A stretch of 64,000 nucleotides of DNA, taken from Nageia nagi. Lineage: Eukaryota > Plantae > Pinophyta. This document shows positions 12,729 to 26,000 of the stretch, one piece after another (the first letter of the stretch is position 1; each line of letters starts with the position of its first letter). A program made the translations under genes and the position numbers. The stretch is taken from positions 70,866,001 to 70,930,000 of the forward strand of contig JBITNC010000001.1 in the NCBI GenBank assembly GCA_050084985.1, written 5' to 3'. Under the pieces are notes generated by a model. That model was given only the letters and a program-made list of their open reading frames with translations. It was not told the origin of the DNA and did no database searches.

Positions 12729-13546
12729 TGTAAGCACCTAAAAATAACCTTTTCATCCAATTATCTTACCTATCGATGCTTTCACCCAATCACTCCATCA
12801 TAGCCATTTTTGACTTTATATGTTGGGAACCTAACTAGTATATTAGTTTCCCTAACTGGTTGGCTAGTTAGTTTGCTAAATGATCAATCAACTAGGTTAA
12901 TTGGTCTAATGATCCAATTTTAAATCTATAATTCAAATTTGAATTTTTGTTTTTCCTCTCTTTTTCATTCATGTCATTTTAGCTCTTGACCATTACCAAC
13001 CTTCCTCCCTCACCCAATTGAATACTTAAACACTATCCTAAGCCCTAATAACCTTTAGCACATCTCATAATATATTTTGAGCTTTCTTATAAGTGTTGGA
13101 AAATATTAGGAGCTTTCTTGGAGCATTTGATCACTTGTATCCTTGTGTGTAATACTTCTATGCATTTATGTTAGTGTGTAGCATGTTTATAGGCTATATT
13201 CATAATAATTTAGCTTATTTTTATCATTTTATCATTATCTTAGCATAGCATGAGCATATCACATTGTATTGTAGGTATTTTCTTTATTTTCTAATCCCTA
13301 TTTGATTATGGGTTAGGGGGTCTACATTCCATCAAACCTCTCTTTGAGCACACTCTAAGGTCTTAAAGGCCTATAGTGCTGAGGTTCCCCTTAAAATTTG
13401 TTTGCTTGTAGGTATAGACATGAGGAGAATCCTTGCATCATTTATCATAAGATAAACTCTAATACAAGCATTAATGGTGCAACCTTGATCCCTCCTCGAT
13501 GGAGAGGAGTCATCATATTTGGGCTATCCACACTTATTTTCATACC
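12729..13546 (+). repeat. 3' LTR of element B
   Basis: TG start directly after PPT; 3' boundary inferred near ttttcatac. Confidence 0.6.
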
Positions 13547-13761
13547 CCAATTTTAGCAAGCACTCCTCCTAAAATATTACAAGATGTAATTTGAGATCTT
13601 GATCCATTGAACATCTCAAGCTTGGGTGGTAGGGAAAAGTTGTAGATATATTTTTATAATGGTAAAGTGAATACACCATCATAATATTCCTAATTCTATT
13701 AGGGTATATGATCATTCTCAATCATTAATATTCTTATAGCTAGGTCACCACTAGAGGAATT

Positions 13762-14566
13762 TGTTAACACCTAAAAATGGTCCCTTAACATGGTCCCACT
13801 TAGGTATAATTTTACATTTAATCATATTTCATTCATATTTTATCCTTATTATCACATATTTCTCAAGTTTTATTCTTATTTTTATGTTAGGTACACTAAG
13901 ATGAATTCAAACAACATATAACAGATCAAATGATGATATCTTGTTTGATATAAATGCAAGTATCTCTAACATAGGGAAAACATATCAAGATTACATATCA
14001 AAATTTGGTACCCTACTCTTGGGTGTTTATAAATACCACCTATTGATACTAGAATTTTATTATCACTCAAGCAAATATCTATTATATATCTTCATGATTG
14101 TATGCTCAATTTGACTTATCATCATATATGTTATCGTCAATCCTTGTTGGTGAGCCTCATTCTTTCAGAATGCTAGTGCCCATGCTTACATTTGTGCTTA
14201 TACTAAGCTCTTGAAGATTAATGTCTACATTGGTATTTCTTTTGTAGTTGGTATTAGGGTTCACACAGAAAGGTTGCTACTCTTCGATAAGTTCATTTAT
14301 CATATCCTCAACTATGACATAGGTAAGGACACATGTATTTATATTTCATTTGATTCCTTTCTCTTTAGTGCATGTAGATTATTTATGTAGATTATTTTAC
14401 ATCTTGACATAAATGTAATTTATTATTCTATTACTGCACTATTATATTCTCTTATTCATGTATATTTATTTAAGTTAATTAGCTTAGATAAATCATACTT
14501 AAATGTTTATATGCATTTTGTTGATTTAGGATAAAAACCCTAGGTGTGCCAAAATGCATATCAACA
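13762..14566 (+). repeat. 5' LTR of element C (805 bp)
   Basis: TGTTAACA...TCAACA termini; homologous to 7644-8447. Confidence 0.9.
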
Positions 14567-14580
14567 TATTGGAGCCCATA
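14567..14580 (+). promoter_or_regulatory. Primer-binding site (decayed TGGCGCCCA type)
   Basis: tattggagcccat immediately after the LTR CA end. Confidence 0.65.
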
Positions 14581-15039
14581 TTTTATAACATTTTCTTTCT
14601 CTTAATTAGGGCTAGAATATAAGTTCTTTTGAACCTACCTATCTTGTTACATCAAGAACAATAGGTTCCTTGGTTGCATTTGATCAACAATTTTTTAAGT
14701 GTGATAAAAATGGTGAACATAACTCCTAAAATCTTGACCAAATTGATGGTAATTCTTGAATTTAAATTTCTTATGGTAAAGGCATATGAACTATGGTCTA
14801 GGTTATCAATCACCCTAGAATGGATGCATACATTATCATAGATTCTACCATTAGTGCCAATGCTAATAGTAGCATGATTGCTAGAAACCATGCATCTAAT
14901 TTAGGTACCTTCATAAATGAATAATATAGACAACTTGAGTCTTAAGTTGCACATCTTAGGAAAAAATTCAAAGTTCATGCAGATTAAACAAAGAACAAGG
15001 GTAACCTATTAAGCATGGAGATTCATAATACACTCCTTG

Positions 15040-16619
15040 TTGGTATAGATAAGGATCTTAAATTTGAAAAGTTAAATGATAAAATCCATCCTATCATACA
15101 TATTTAGGGTTTTGAATACATTATGCATATTAAATGTGGGGTTAATGATCATTTGAAAGCAACATATTTCCCTATGAGTTTAATTGGTGAAGATTGGAAG
15201 TGGTTTCATAGATTGGAACTAGGTTCTATATCATCATATCAACAATTTAAGGATTAGTTCAAAGCTCACTTTAGGTAAAATATAAAGAAACTAGTTGATT
15301 TAATAGATTTGATCCATTGCAAGAAATAAAAAACAAATAGGTTAGACAAGTTTTCTCCTAGATTCGTAAATCTTTGGAGGTCCATTGAACAAATGGTGAA
15401 AGAGAGCTTCATTGCAAATGTATTTCTTGACAATATTAGTCCTATTCTTGGTGAAAAATGGCTTGAGCATGTTAATGGTTAATTTATGCATATGATTCAT
15501 TTGCTTATTGATAAAGAGGAATTCTTAGAAAGGTATAATTTTGTTATGTACACATCCTCCTCCTCCAATAAAGATAATGATAGGAAACCCTATAGAAAAA
15601 ATGATGATACTTCAGTTAATGCAAGTGAACCATCTAACCAAGAAAAATAGATTCAAGGAAAGAATATGGACATAATGACAAAAATTTTAGTTTGTATAGG
15701 GATAAACAATTATACAAATATCATCAAATTAAAGGGAATAATACAACAAGTTGTTATGTTTTGAGAAAGAAATTAAAAACACTTGTTGGATAGTGGTATA
15801 GTTTCATACAACAAATGATGTGCTCAAAGTAAAATCTCAAGACCTACCTTTTGTTAATATGGTGAATATGACTGTATATGATGATAATGATGAACTTATT
15901 GGATTTTATGATAAATTCAATGCAAAAGCATATTCAAATGTAGGTTCATATTTGGAACAAACATGCAATGCAACCACAAGATTAAAGAAAGTATTCTTAA
16001 CATAGTTTTTGGTATAAAAGAGGTACTTTCTAAATATTCTCTTAAGTAAAAGAAGAAAGATAAATTAAAAAAGAGTATTCTACAAAATACCAAAAATAAA
16101 AATGCAAATATCAGTTTGCTTGAGTTGTTTGAACTCCTTAGTGGTGTTGATGTTGATAGTAATATTTCTACTAGTTCATTGGTAGGAATGATTGGTTGTT
16201 TCAATAATGCTATAACATTTACTAAGTATGTGATTCCTAATGATGATATTAATGATAAATTATTGCAAATCCACATATGTGTAAAGATATTAGGAAAAAT
16301 AGTCAAGCATGTATTTGTAGATGATCATGTAGGTTTGACTATTTTCTCTATTGACTTCTTCAAGAAGTTTGGTGAAAACTTGATGTTGAAATGTGTGAGA
16401 AAGAAGTACAATATCACAAGTTATGATGGTTATACCAAAGCTTGTATTGGAAACATCATGTTACCTATTCAATTGGTACCAAAGATAATGGAAGTTATGA
16501 CATATGTCCTAGACAAGAATCTCCCTTATGACATTCTCCTTGGGAGATCATGGATACATCAAATGATGTGTATACCATATACATTACATAGATTTATAAA
16601 ATTTAACTATAATGAATAG
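15040..16619 (+). pseudogene. gag and aspartic protease of element C
   Basis: DHLKATYFPMSLIGEDWKWFHRL (gag); ORF 16116-16619 VFVDDHVGLTI...YDILLGRSWIHQMMCIPYTLHRFIKF (Ogre/Tat protease). Confidence 0.85.
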
Positions 16620-17849
16620 GAATATGTAGTTGAAGCAATGGAATAAAATCAAAACATTATTGCACAAGTTGGGAACACCATAGTTCCATACAAAAAATAT
16701 TGAAATCCATGAGGACAATGATGAAGATAGTGAGGAAGATGAAGAAGATAGGGATACCATGTAATTGTATAAAGAAAAAAGTGTTAGCACATATACCATT
16801 ATCTATAAGATAGTTAAAAAGGATACAAGATATCTCAATAGACATAAAAAATCATAGGATGACCAGTGTCTATACTAGAATTATTAGTTGCATTGTCCTC
16901 ACTACTGCAAATGTAATCTAAATCAATATGAGTTAGAAGAGGATGATGTCAAGATAATATTATGCAACATTGATACTTAAGAGTTATAATTTGAATCAAA
17001 CATGAATCAAAATGCTAACAAGGTGGAAGCCCATGTTAAGGTCAATAAGAAGATAAGGAAAAATGAGATATCATGTACCCTTGATACTTTAATACATGGA
17101 ATCTAGAAGGTACAAAGGTAAAGGACTTGGTAGGAATGAATAGGAAATGAAAAGTTACATACAAAAATATTTGAATAAAATGAAGGAAAGAGTGGCTTAT
17201 GAATAAAGAATGCAATTCAAAGAAATTTGGTCTCATACAATAGTGATGAAGAATTAGAAGTAGAATCAAATCTACAATCACTCAATATGATTGAGTTATC
17301 ATCAAAAATCAAAGAAAATATTCAAAGAAGGCCAATGCCCATGCTAGATCTAATGTCCATGCTCACATTAGCACTTACACTAACCTTAGCATCCAGGTTG
17401 TGGAAATAGATAATGATTCTTCTTACCCCATACTTGAAATGATAGTTTCTAGGTCTATTGATGTGTTCAAAATGGATGATGACTTTTTCATATGAAGGGG
17501 ACAATATCAAAGTTCAAATCATTCCATACCAAGAGGTAATTCAAATTTGCTTATCATATTGATGCTTACTTTGGAGAGGATATGGAGGACATAATAAGTT
17601 CTTCCATACTACACTAGCCTACCTTCTTCTTTCTTTACATAGGATTAGGCTAAGTAGTTAGGTGTGTGTGTGTAATATTCTTTCTCTTATGACATAGTAG
17701 TATTGGTGGCATTTCATAACCTTTATTAACCTAGTGATAATATACCATGGTTAAATGAGCCTCCTATTGAGATAAATATTAATACAAAAGAGGTACCATA
17801 GATTTTTCATATTGGAACAAAAATCATTGGGTAAGACAAGCAAACATAT

Positions 17850-18656
17850 TAATAGTTATTTATAGGATTCAAGGATGTATTTTCTTAGGAATACAATGAT
17901 ATGATATGCTTAGATTCAACTTTTATGACTCATAATTTGGTGGTACAAGAAGATGCCAAACCTATACAATAGAAAAGAAGACCAATACACCCAAAGCATT
18001 CTTTTCTAGTCAAGAATGAAATTGATAAGTATCTTAAGGAAGGATTCATTGAGCCCATTGATTATTCATCTTGTTTAGCCAACTTGTTCCAAATTTGAAA
18101 CCACATGGATAAATTAGATGTTGCACAAATTTTAAAAATTTAAATAAGGTTTTTCTAAAGGATCATTTTCCTTTGGCACACATTGACATAATTATGGATT
18201 CTACAATAGGACATGAGTTGTTATCTTTCATGTATGATTGCTCAAGATACAAAAAAAAAAATCAATAAAGAGGATTAGTATAAGATAACATTCACTACAC
18301 CTTGGCAAACATTTTGTTAGGTAGTTATGCCCTTTAGCCTCAAAAATGTATGGGAAACATACCAAAGTGTAATGGTAACTATGTTTCATGATCACATTCA
18401 TAAATTAGTTGAAGTTTATGTTGATGATATTCTTGCTAAATCAACTAAAAAGGAAAATCATTTGGAGGATCTAAGAGTCATTTTTGAAAGAATAAGATAA
18501 TTTAACTTGAAGCTAAATTCTAAGAAGTGTGTTTTTGGGGTATCTAATTGCAGGTTGCTTAGTTCCATTGTATCTAGAAGAGGCATAGAGATAGAACCTA
18601 AAAAAGTTAAAGCTATAATGGATATGCCTCCAAAAAGGAATATTAGACATCTTAGA
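17850..18656 (+). pseudogene. Reverse transcriptase of element C
   Basis: KDHFPLAHIDIIMD, VMPFSLKN, EVYVDDIL, LNSKKCVFG motifs. Confidence 0.9.
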
Positions 18657-20113
18657 GCAATCAAAGAATAGTTTCCATGTCTTATCCTCACACTACTCAA
18701 CTAGTGCCACAAGCTCATTCTTGTTACTATTTTCACCACATGGTGTTTCTACAAATATATCAACTATAACCAATCCCTTGAAAACTTTTTGGTATGTGTA
18801 TAGATGGTCAAACTCCTATAGTTCTATTATCCATTTGGTTAGCCTTCCTTCCAACTATGGTTTTGATAACAAGTACCTTAGTGGATCAGCTTGAGCCACA
18901 ATGAAGGTAGTGTTGGTGATCATGTAGTGCCTCAATTTTTATATTGTGTATACTATGGAAAAACATAACTTCTTAATTGGTGTGTAATTGATTTATGCAT
19001 TTTGTAGTGTCTTGGATAAATAGTACATAGCCCTCTCCCCATTTTCATTGTCAAGTTGCACAAGGACTTTCCCAATAGCATTGGTTGTAGTTGAGATATA
19101 CAAGTATAGAGGCTTTATATGATCAATTGAATGTAAAAAAAAATAAATAAATAACCAAGTAACTCTTAATGTCTTCAAATGCCTTTTGACACTCCTTGGT
19201 CCATATTAACTAATTTTCCTTCTTGAGAAAGTAAGAGAATGGATTTGTTCTATCTACTAACTAAGCCATGAACCTTTTGACTATTTTTAACTTTCCTTGT
19301 AGACTTCTAAGCTATCAATATTCCTTGTTGGAGTCATATACATTATAAATTTAACCTTTTTAGGGTCTATTTCTATGCCTCTTCTACATACAATGTAACA
19401 AAGCAACTTGCCACTAGATACCGCAAAAACATACTTCTTAGCAATTAACTTCAAGTTAAATTATCTCATTCTTTCAAAAATGAATCTTAGATATTGTAAA
19501 TTATTTTGCTTTTTAGTTGATTTAGCAAGAATATTATCAACATAAACTCCAAATAATTTATGAATGTGATAATGAAACATAGTTTCCATTGCACTTTGGT
19601 ATGTTACCCCTACATTTTTGAGTCCAAAGGGCATAACTACCTAACAAAATATTCCCCAAGGTGTAGTGAATGTTATCTTATAATGATCCTCTTTATTGAT
19701 TCTAATTTGTTGTATTTGGAGAAATCATCCATCAAAGATAATAACTCATTTCCTTTTTTAGAATCCATAATTATATTAATGTGTGGTAAAGAAAAATTAT
19801 CCTTTAGGCAAACCTTGTTTAAATCTTTGAAATCTATGCAACATCTGATTTATCCATATGGTTTCAAAGTTGGAACAATGTTGGCTAAATAAGGTGATTA
19901 ATCAATGGGCTTAATGAATCCTAGCTCAAGATACTTATCAATTTCCTTCTTTACTAGAAAATAATCCTTTGGGTGCATTGGTCTTATTTGTTGTTGTACA
20001 ATTTTGGCATCTTTCTATACCACTAAATTATAAGTCACAAAAGTTGAATCTAACCCTATCATATCACTATATTCCTAAGAAAAGATATCTTGAATCCTAT
20101 CAAGAACTATTGA
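18651..20113 (-). pseudogene. Inverted segment: second RT copy + RNase H + start of aRH
   Basis: Reverse complement aligns to 17850-18656, then LYLYISTTTNAIGKVLVQ...YYLSKTL (RH) and EDKTWKLFFDCSK (aRH start). Confidence 0.9.
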
Positions 20114-21831
20114 GTAGTGTGAGGAATTATGTTAGTATCTCTTGAAGGTGGTATGATTCCTATGGTTTATAAGTTAAATTTTGAATGCAAAAACATCATG
20201 GCTAAGTATGAGTCTTTAGTCTTGGTATTAAAGGTAGAAATCAACCTTGGAATCAATTAATTGGAATTTTATTGTGACTCATAGCTTTTCATAAACCAAA
20301 TTAAATATGTTTACAATACAAAGGACTTAGTAGCTATGATGCTTCAAATATGTTGTACATAGATTCAAATTGAGCTCATTTTAAGGAATAATAATAGATT
20401 TTTTGGATGCTATGGCTAATGCTACTTCATTAATACCTATCTCAGTTGAAGATGGGGAAACCATTATGTAAATCAATAGCCTTAAATATTGTTATTTTTT
20501 GAATGATGATGAATTTCAAGGGTTTTTCAAGAAAAATCCACTCATATGTGCTATCCTCCCATTACATGAATGGTATGTTGATATCTATAAGTACCTCAAG
20601 CAAGGAAATACTCTAGATTCATGTTATGCCAAGTTCCTCAAAAGAAGGCTAAAATAAATGGCTACAAGGTATGTAATTACTGGTAATATTATTTATAAAT
20701 GATAATTTGATGGTACTTTGATTAGATGTCTAAATGAACTTGAAGCAAATAGGTCTATGGAACAAGTACATGATAGCATAAATGGAGGTCATTTCAATGG
20801 TAAAGCCATCTATCATAAGCTCTTAAGATTATGATATTATTAGCTATCTATGGAAAAGGATTGCATTTTACATGTTCACAAATGTAAAAAGTTCCAAAAG
20901 CATGCTAACTTGAAATAAGCTCCTTCAAGTGAATTATTCATAATGATATCTCCTTGGCCTTTTGATATTTGGGATTTAGATTTAATTGGAATTATCAATC
21001 CTAAATCTAGTGAGGGATACAAATTCATCCTAGTTGCTATATAATACTTCATTAAATGGGTAGAAGATGTACCTTTGAGATCCTCCAAAGGGTCTTAAAT
21101 TGTGTAATTCATGACTAAAACCATTATATCAAGATTTGATGTTCCATATCATGTCAACATGAAAAATGGAAAGAATTTCAAAAGTAAGTAAGTTAGGGAA
21201 TTTTGCAAGAATTTCAAAATCAGGAAAAGGTTCTTATCAACATATTATCCATAAGTAAATGGAAAATTAAAATAAAATAACAAGATAATTATCAATATTT
21301 TATGCAAGACAATTAAGAAAATTCATAAACATTGGCATTCATAGCTTATATACATATTATGGGTATATGGAACAAGCATCAAATTAACTACAATTGCACT
21401 CCATTTCATTAGTCTATGGAGATGAGGTAGTATTACCATTGGAGGTAGAAATACTATCATTGAGGGTGTCTCTAGAAGGAATTATTGATTGGGAAGAGAA
21501 ACAAAAAGCAAGATTGAGGAAGCTAGAAGGATTATATGAAAATATAATCCATATATTAGAACATCTCAAAGCTTATTAATGAAGAGCTAAGAAAGTATAT
21601 GCCAATAATATTATACCATGAGAGTTCCAAGTAGGTGATCTAGTACTCAAGGAGAATCATCATAAATCAGAGGATGAAAATCAAGACAAAGGAAAGTTTG
21701 AGACTAATTGGATAGGTCCTTACATCATCAAGTTGAAATATCCAAACAATGCATACAAATTAACTATAGTTGATGGAAAAGTTGATAAATTATTAACCAA
21801 TGCAAAGCACCTCAATCCCTTTTATGCATAA
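20110..21831 (+). pseudogene. aRH remainder and integrase of element C
   Basis: GIMLVSLEG...KLNFECKNIMAKYESL; GGHFNG zinc-finger region; PWPFDIWDLDLIG...YFIKWVE; NWIGPY; ends NAKHLNPFYA*. Confidence 0.9.
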
Positions 21832-22369
21832 GGGAAGCTTGTCACATAAGTTCTAGATGTTGTACTTTAGTCAGTCATCAGTGTAGAGGTCATGAATTAG
21901 GATCCTATATCTATTTCTATTTTGTTAAGCTAGCACTCATGCTAGCCTTCTATATAAATTTCATCATTCAACTCAATGCCCATGTTGGTATTCTTAGCAT
22001 ATTTTAGATAAAAATAAAAATCACAAGGATTAGAGGTTACATTTAGGTTGGATAAGACATGTGATAACTTCATATCATAATCATTCAATTATCATCCATA
22101 GAAGATAATTAGATAATTTAATTTTATTATCATATAGCACACATAGATTAAACATCTTAGAATAGTCACACCTTAATCATAGAAAAATTGCAAGCTCAAA
22201 ATCAAATCAAGGCTCATTGCCTACACTACCTTTAGTACCTGCACTAACATTTTTGCATCAAATTAGATTATTCATCAAAGGAAAAAGTAGGTATCATTTT
22301 TTAATCTCTTACCTCTACATTCATGTTCATAATTCAATGGTATCACGCTTCATGATTTACATGATACAT

Positions 22370-22735
22370 CATGTCCTTGTTGGGTGGATGTTAAATAACC
22401 ATCAATGTTTATGATCATTTGGTTGGGCCTAAACTAACTACTTTTCTTATTTTGGCCTAGTGATTGGGACTAAACTAATCATTAGTCTAATGGCCATATT
22501 GTCACTGGTACTATAATCATGCATGATTGGGAAATATACAAACTAATTTTATCTTAATCACATCTAAGAATGGGGCATGTGCCTCATGACGATGAACAAC
22601 ACATCACATACATGGTTGGAAAATATTCAAACCAACCATGTCTTTGAGTCACCTTTGCTATTTAGATAACAACTAACCTCCATATTTGAGTCATCTTTGC
22701 TAGTTTTATCTCAAATAACCTCCATATTTAAGTCA
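22370..22735 (+). repeat. 3' stem-loop array of element C
   Basis: Near-colinear with 6499-6720 (catgtcctt.ttgggtggatgttaaataa...ttggttggg.ctaaa). Confidence 0.85.
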
Positions 22736-22799
22736 TGTTTGTTCCCTTGTTACATATGCCCTTGATGTTGTAGGTACACTTGGTGAGTCTAGCTTGTCT

Positions 22800-23052
22800 T
22801 TAATTTTAGTTTCAAATACACTATCTTTTTTCACCTCCCTCTCTAGTTGTTCTAGACCATCCACTTCAAGGATATCATTTTGTTAATCACCCATAGCATT
22901 GATACATTCATTTATTTGATCAATGTTATCCAAATCTATAAGATCTCCATCACTCCCCTCAATCCTTCTATTATGCAACCTTAAGTTGTAGTTCACAAAA
23001 ACCAATTTTTCCAACCTTTCTTTCATGAATCTATTATGCTTTCTTATATGAG
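22800..23052 (-). pseudogene. hAT transposase C-terminal (dimerisation domain) fragment
   Basis: Minus translation HIRKHNRFMKERLEKLVFVNYNLRL...DLIDLDNID resembles the hAT IHTKKRNRL...LVFVHYNLRL motif. Confidence 0.75.
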
Positions 23053-23059
23053 ATAGATC

Positions 23060-26000
23060 AAGTTATGATAAGACTTAAAAATTTAAGAATGTATGGTGAT
23101 GATGATTATGGTGTACCTAGAGGTGATATTGTTAATTATTCTTTGATGAATAGTGTTGAGTTAGAACCATCTAGTTATGAACAAGCATTTAATAATGATT
23201 TATGTATAAAAAAGTGGAAGAGGAAATCAATTCCATCATGAAGAATGATACATATGAGCTTGAGTATCTTACAATAAGAAAAATGTGTGTGGGTTTTGAA
23301 TGCAGGTATAATAGTGATGGGATCATTAAGGCATAAGCTTGCAAAAGGATTCACACAAAGGTATGGAATAGATTATGAGGAAACCTTTACACTAGTTGCA
23401 AGATAAGAAATAATAAGGTTGGTACTTTCTTTAGTTGCCTATAAATATTGGTAGGTACATCATATGGATTTTTAAAGTGCATTATTGAATTATTTTTTTA
23501 ATGAAGAGGTCTATGTACAACAAATTCAAGTTTTATAATAAAAGGAAAAGAGAATCTAGTATATAGATTAAAGAAGGCATTGTGTGGCATCAAATAAGCT
23601 CCTAGAGCTTGTTATTCAAGGATTTATGGATACTTCCATCAATATTGCTTCATAAGAAGCAAGAGTGAACCTACCCTATATATTATGAAATAAGGTGACA
23701 TAATTATTCTTATTTATATATATGCTAATGATCTTATTTACATGGGTATTTATTCAAATATGAATGATGATTTCAATAATTCTATGATGCAAGAGTTTGA
23801 AATAAAAGATCTAAGTTTGATGCATTATTTCCTTGGTATGGAGGTGTATGAAAGAGAAGATGAGATATTTATTTTTCAAACTAAATATGCTAATGATATG
23901 TTGAAGAAATTTGACATTGAAAATATAAAACTAGTTCCAATACCAATAGCTCATTGTGATTTATTATACAAAGATGATGGGTCTGAAAATGTTAATCTAA
24001 CCATTTATAGAAGCATTATTGGAAGCTTGATATTTCTCACAAACTCTAGATTGTATATTGAACATGTTGTTTCACTTGTATGAAGGCATATGACTAATCC
24101 TTTTAAAATTCACTTAAAAGAAACTAAAAGAATCCTAAGTTATATGAAAGATGCAACTAATTTTGGTATTTATAATTTCAAAAATGATGATGTGAAACTA
24201 GTTGGCTTTAGTAATTTGGATTGGGGAAGTAATCTAGATGATAGAAAGTCTACATTAGGTAATTTCTTCAGTATAGGGTATGGAATGATCATGTGGAGTT
24301 CAAAAAAATAAAGTATAGTTACTCTATTATGATGAGCCCCAACTATTGGCTAAGGCTCAAACATGCCCTAGGAAAGGGACATTTACCTTCAACCTTTAAA
24401 TCACACCAATAAAGTGTAAAATAATATAATACATATATTTTTAGCTATTTATGGTAGAAATGAAGTAAATGATCCACAATTATGCTTAGTTACCCAATAT
24501 AGATGATTAGGAAGCCAAACACAAATAAACATGTAAAGAGATACCTCTAGATCCAACATCTCACTTCCAAGTGCAAATACTCCACAAACAATGTAATTAA
24601 CCAAGATCTTATACCAACATCTAGGTATATAGAGCAAAGACACTTGAATTGATGAAAGTAATGGAATTGCATTGATATAGCAATAAAGAGCTCAATTACA
24701 TATGTTTTTTACCTAAGGAGCTTACACCAATATTACCTCTAATAGGGTTATTATGGATGGCTCTAGGGCCTCATCAATTGTAACAGTAGCAAGGCCAAGC
24801 CTAGGAATTCCTTACCATTATTCAATGGAACAACTAGTACTACTCTCTCAAATAGCTAGAGTAAGCAAGAGGTTAGCCTTATATCACATCAAGACCTCAA
24901 ATGCAGATTGGAACCTATAAGTAGAAAAGATAGATTTCTCACATTCAATCCAAAAAGGAGGGTTTAATCATATATTCAATATGTCTAATATGTTCTAAGC
25001 ATCCTCCTTTTATAGATGAAGTGGTTTATCTTCTAATCTCAAGTTGAGTTGATCTATCAAATTACAAGAGTGATTTGTATTATCTCAATGCTAATGTCTA
25101 AGATAAAATGCCTTGGGATGGGAGTAATTACATTCAAGGACCAAGAATGATAATGTTGAAAAAGGGTAGACTTCAAGGTACCTTAGTATCAATGCCATGA
25201 GCTAGATAGCCTCCAAGAGTATGACATAGGGTCATAGGGATTCCAAATGCTTAATGTAGGGGTTTATATGTCCTACTTAACCTAACTTCCAAGTGTGGGG
25301 AGCCTTTGGATTCCTTGGGATACTAAATATCTCTCTAAGTGTATCACATCCAAGAATAGGATTCTTCATAGTGCCTCGAAGTTTGCATAATCACCTAGAT
25401 AGATGCTCTACCTTGAATAGGGGAGTATTAATAACAAGAGGACCATCTAATTCTAATATTACAACCATCAAGGCTAGGAATATGTAACACCTCATTATTA
25501 ATGATTAATATTGGATTTATAAATATAATGGCCTTGGTATAATAAATACATCATTATTGGTATATTTGGATACTCAACTATACATAATATGCTAACTAAG
25601 GGTCCAAAGTTCCATAATTAGAGCAATAAACTATTCTTAAAGTGGAATTTATAATTAATTAGCCAAATAATACCTAAAATAAGAAAAAGTAATCCTACTA
25701 TAATGTTCCCATTTATCAATGGTGAAATGGGGAAAACACCATAAAAATGGGGATATTACAATTTTGCACCTCTTGAATTGCTTGTCCCTAAGCAATTTAG
25801 AACATCCATGTCTATAATAGAGTATTCTTAAGCCTCTCTATCTTCATTATGGTTGATCCAAGAATAAACAAACTTTAGCTTAGTTTGCTTAATAGTCTTC
25901 ATATCAGTTGCAACTTTTGAATCTATAAACTCTAGTTCTTTAGAATAATTTATCTTCATTGTCAAATTATGATCTTGAGTTGAAAAATGCAAGTTCAAGT

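Larger units (their letters stand above)
8448..13546 (+). mobile_element. Ogre/Tat-type element B (gag, 3' repeat arrays, PPT, 3' LTR; no pol), apparently interrupted by element A
   Basis: gag motifs 9400-10230; PPT aaaagggggca 12716-12726; LTR starts TGTAAGCACCTAAAA at 12729; right end approximate. Confidence 0.7.
13762..22740 (+). mobile_element. Autonomous-type Ogre/Tat Ty3/gypsy element C (gag-PR-RT-RH-aRH-IN), decayed and 3'-truncated
   Basis: 5' LTR, PBS, full gypsy domain order with the additional archaeal-type RNase H typical of Tat/Ogre; 3' array present but no 3' LTR. Confidence 0.9.
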
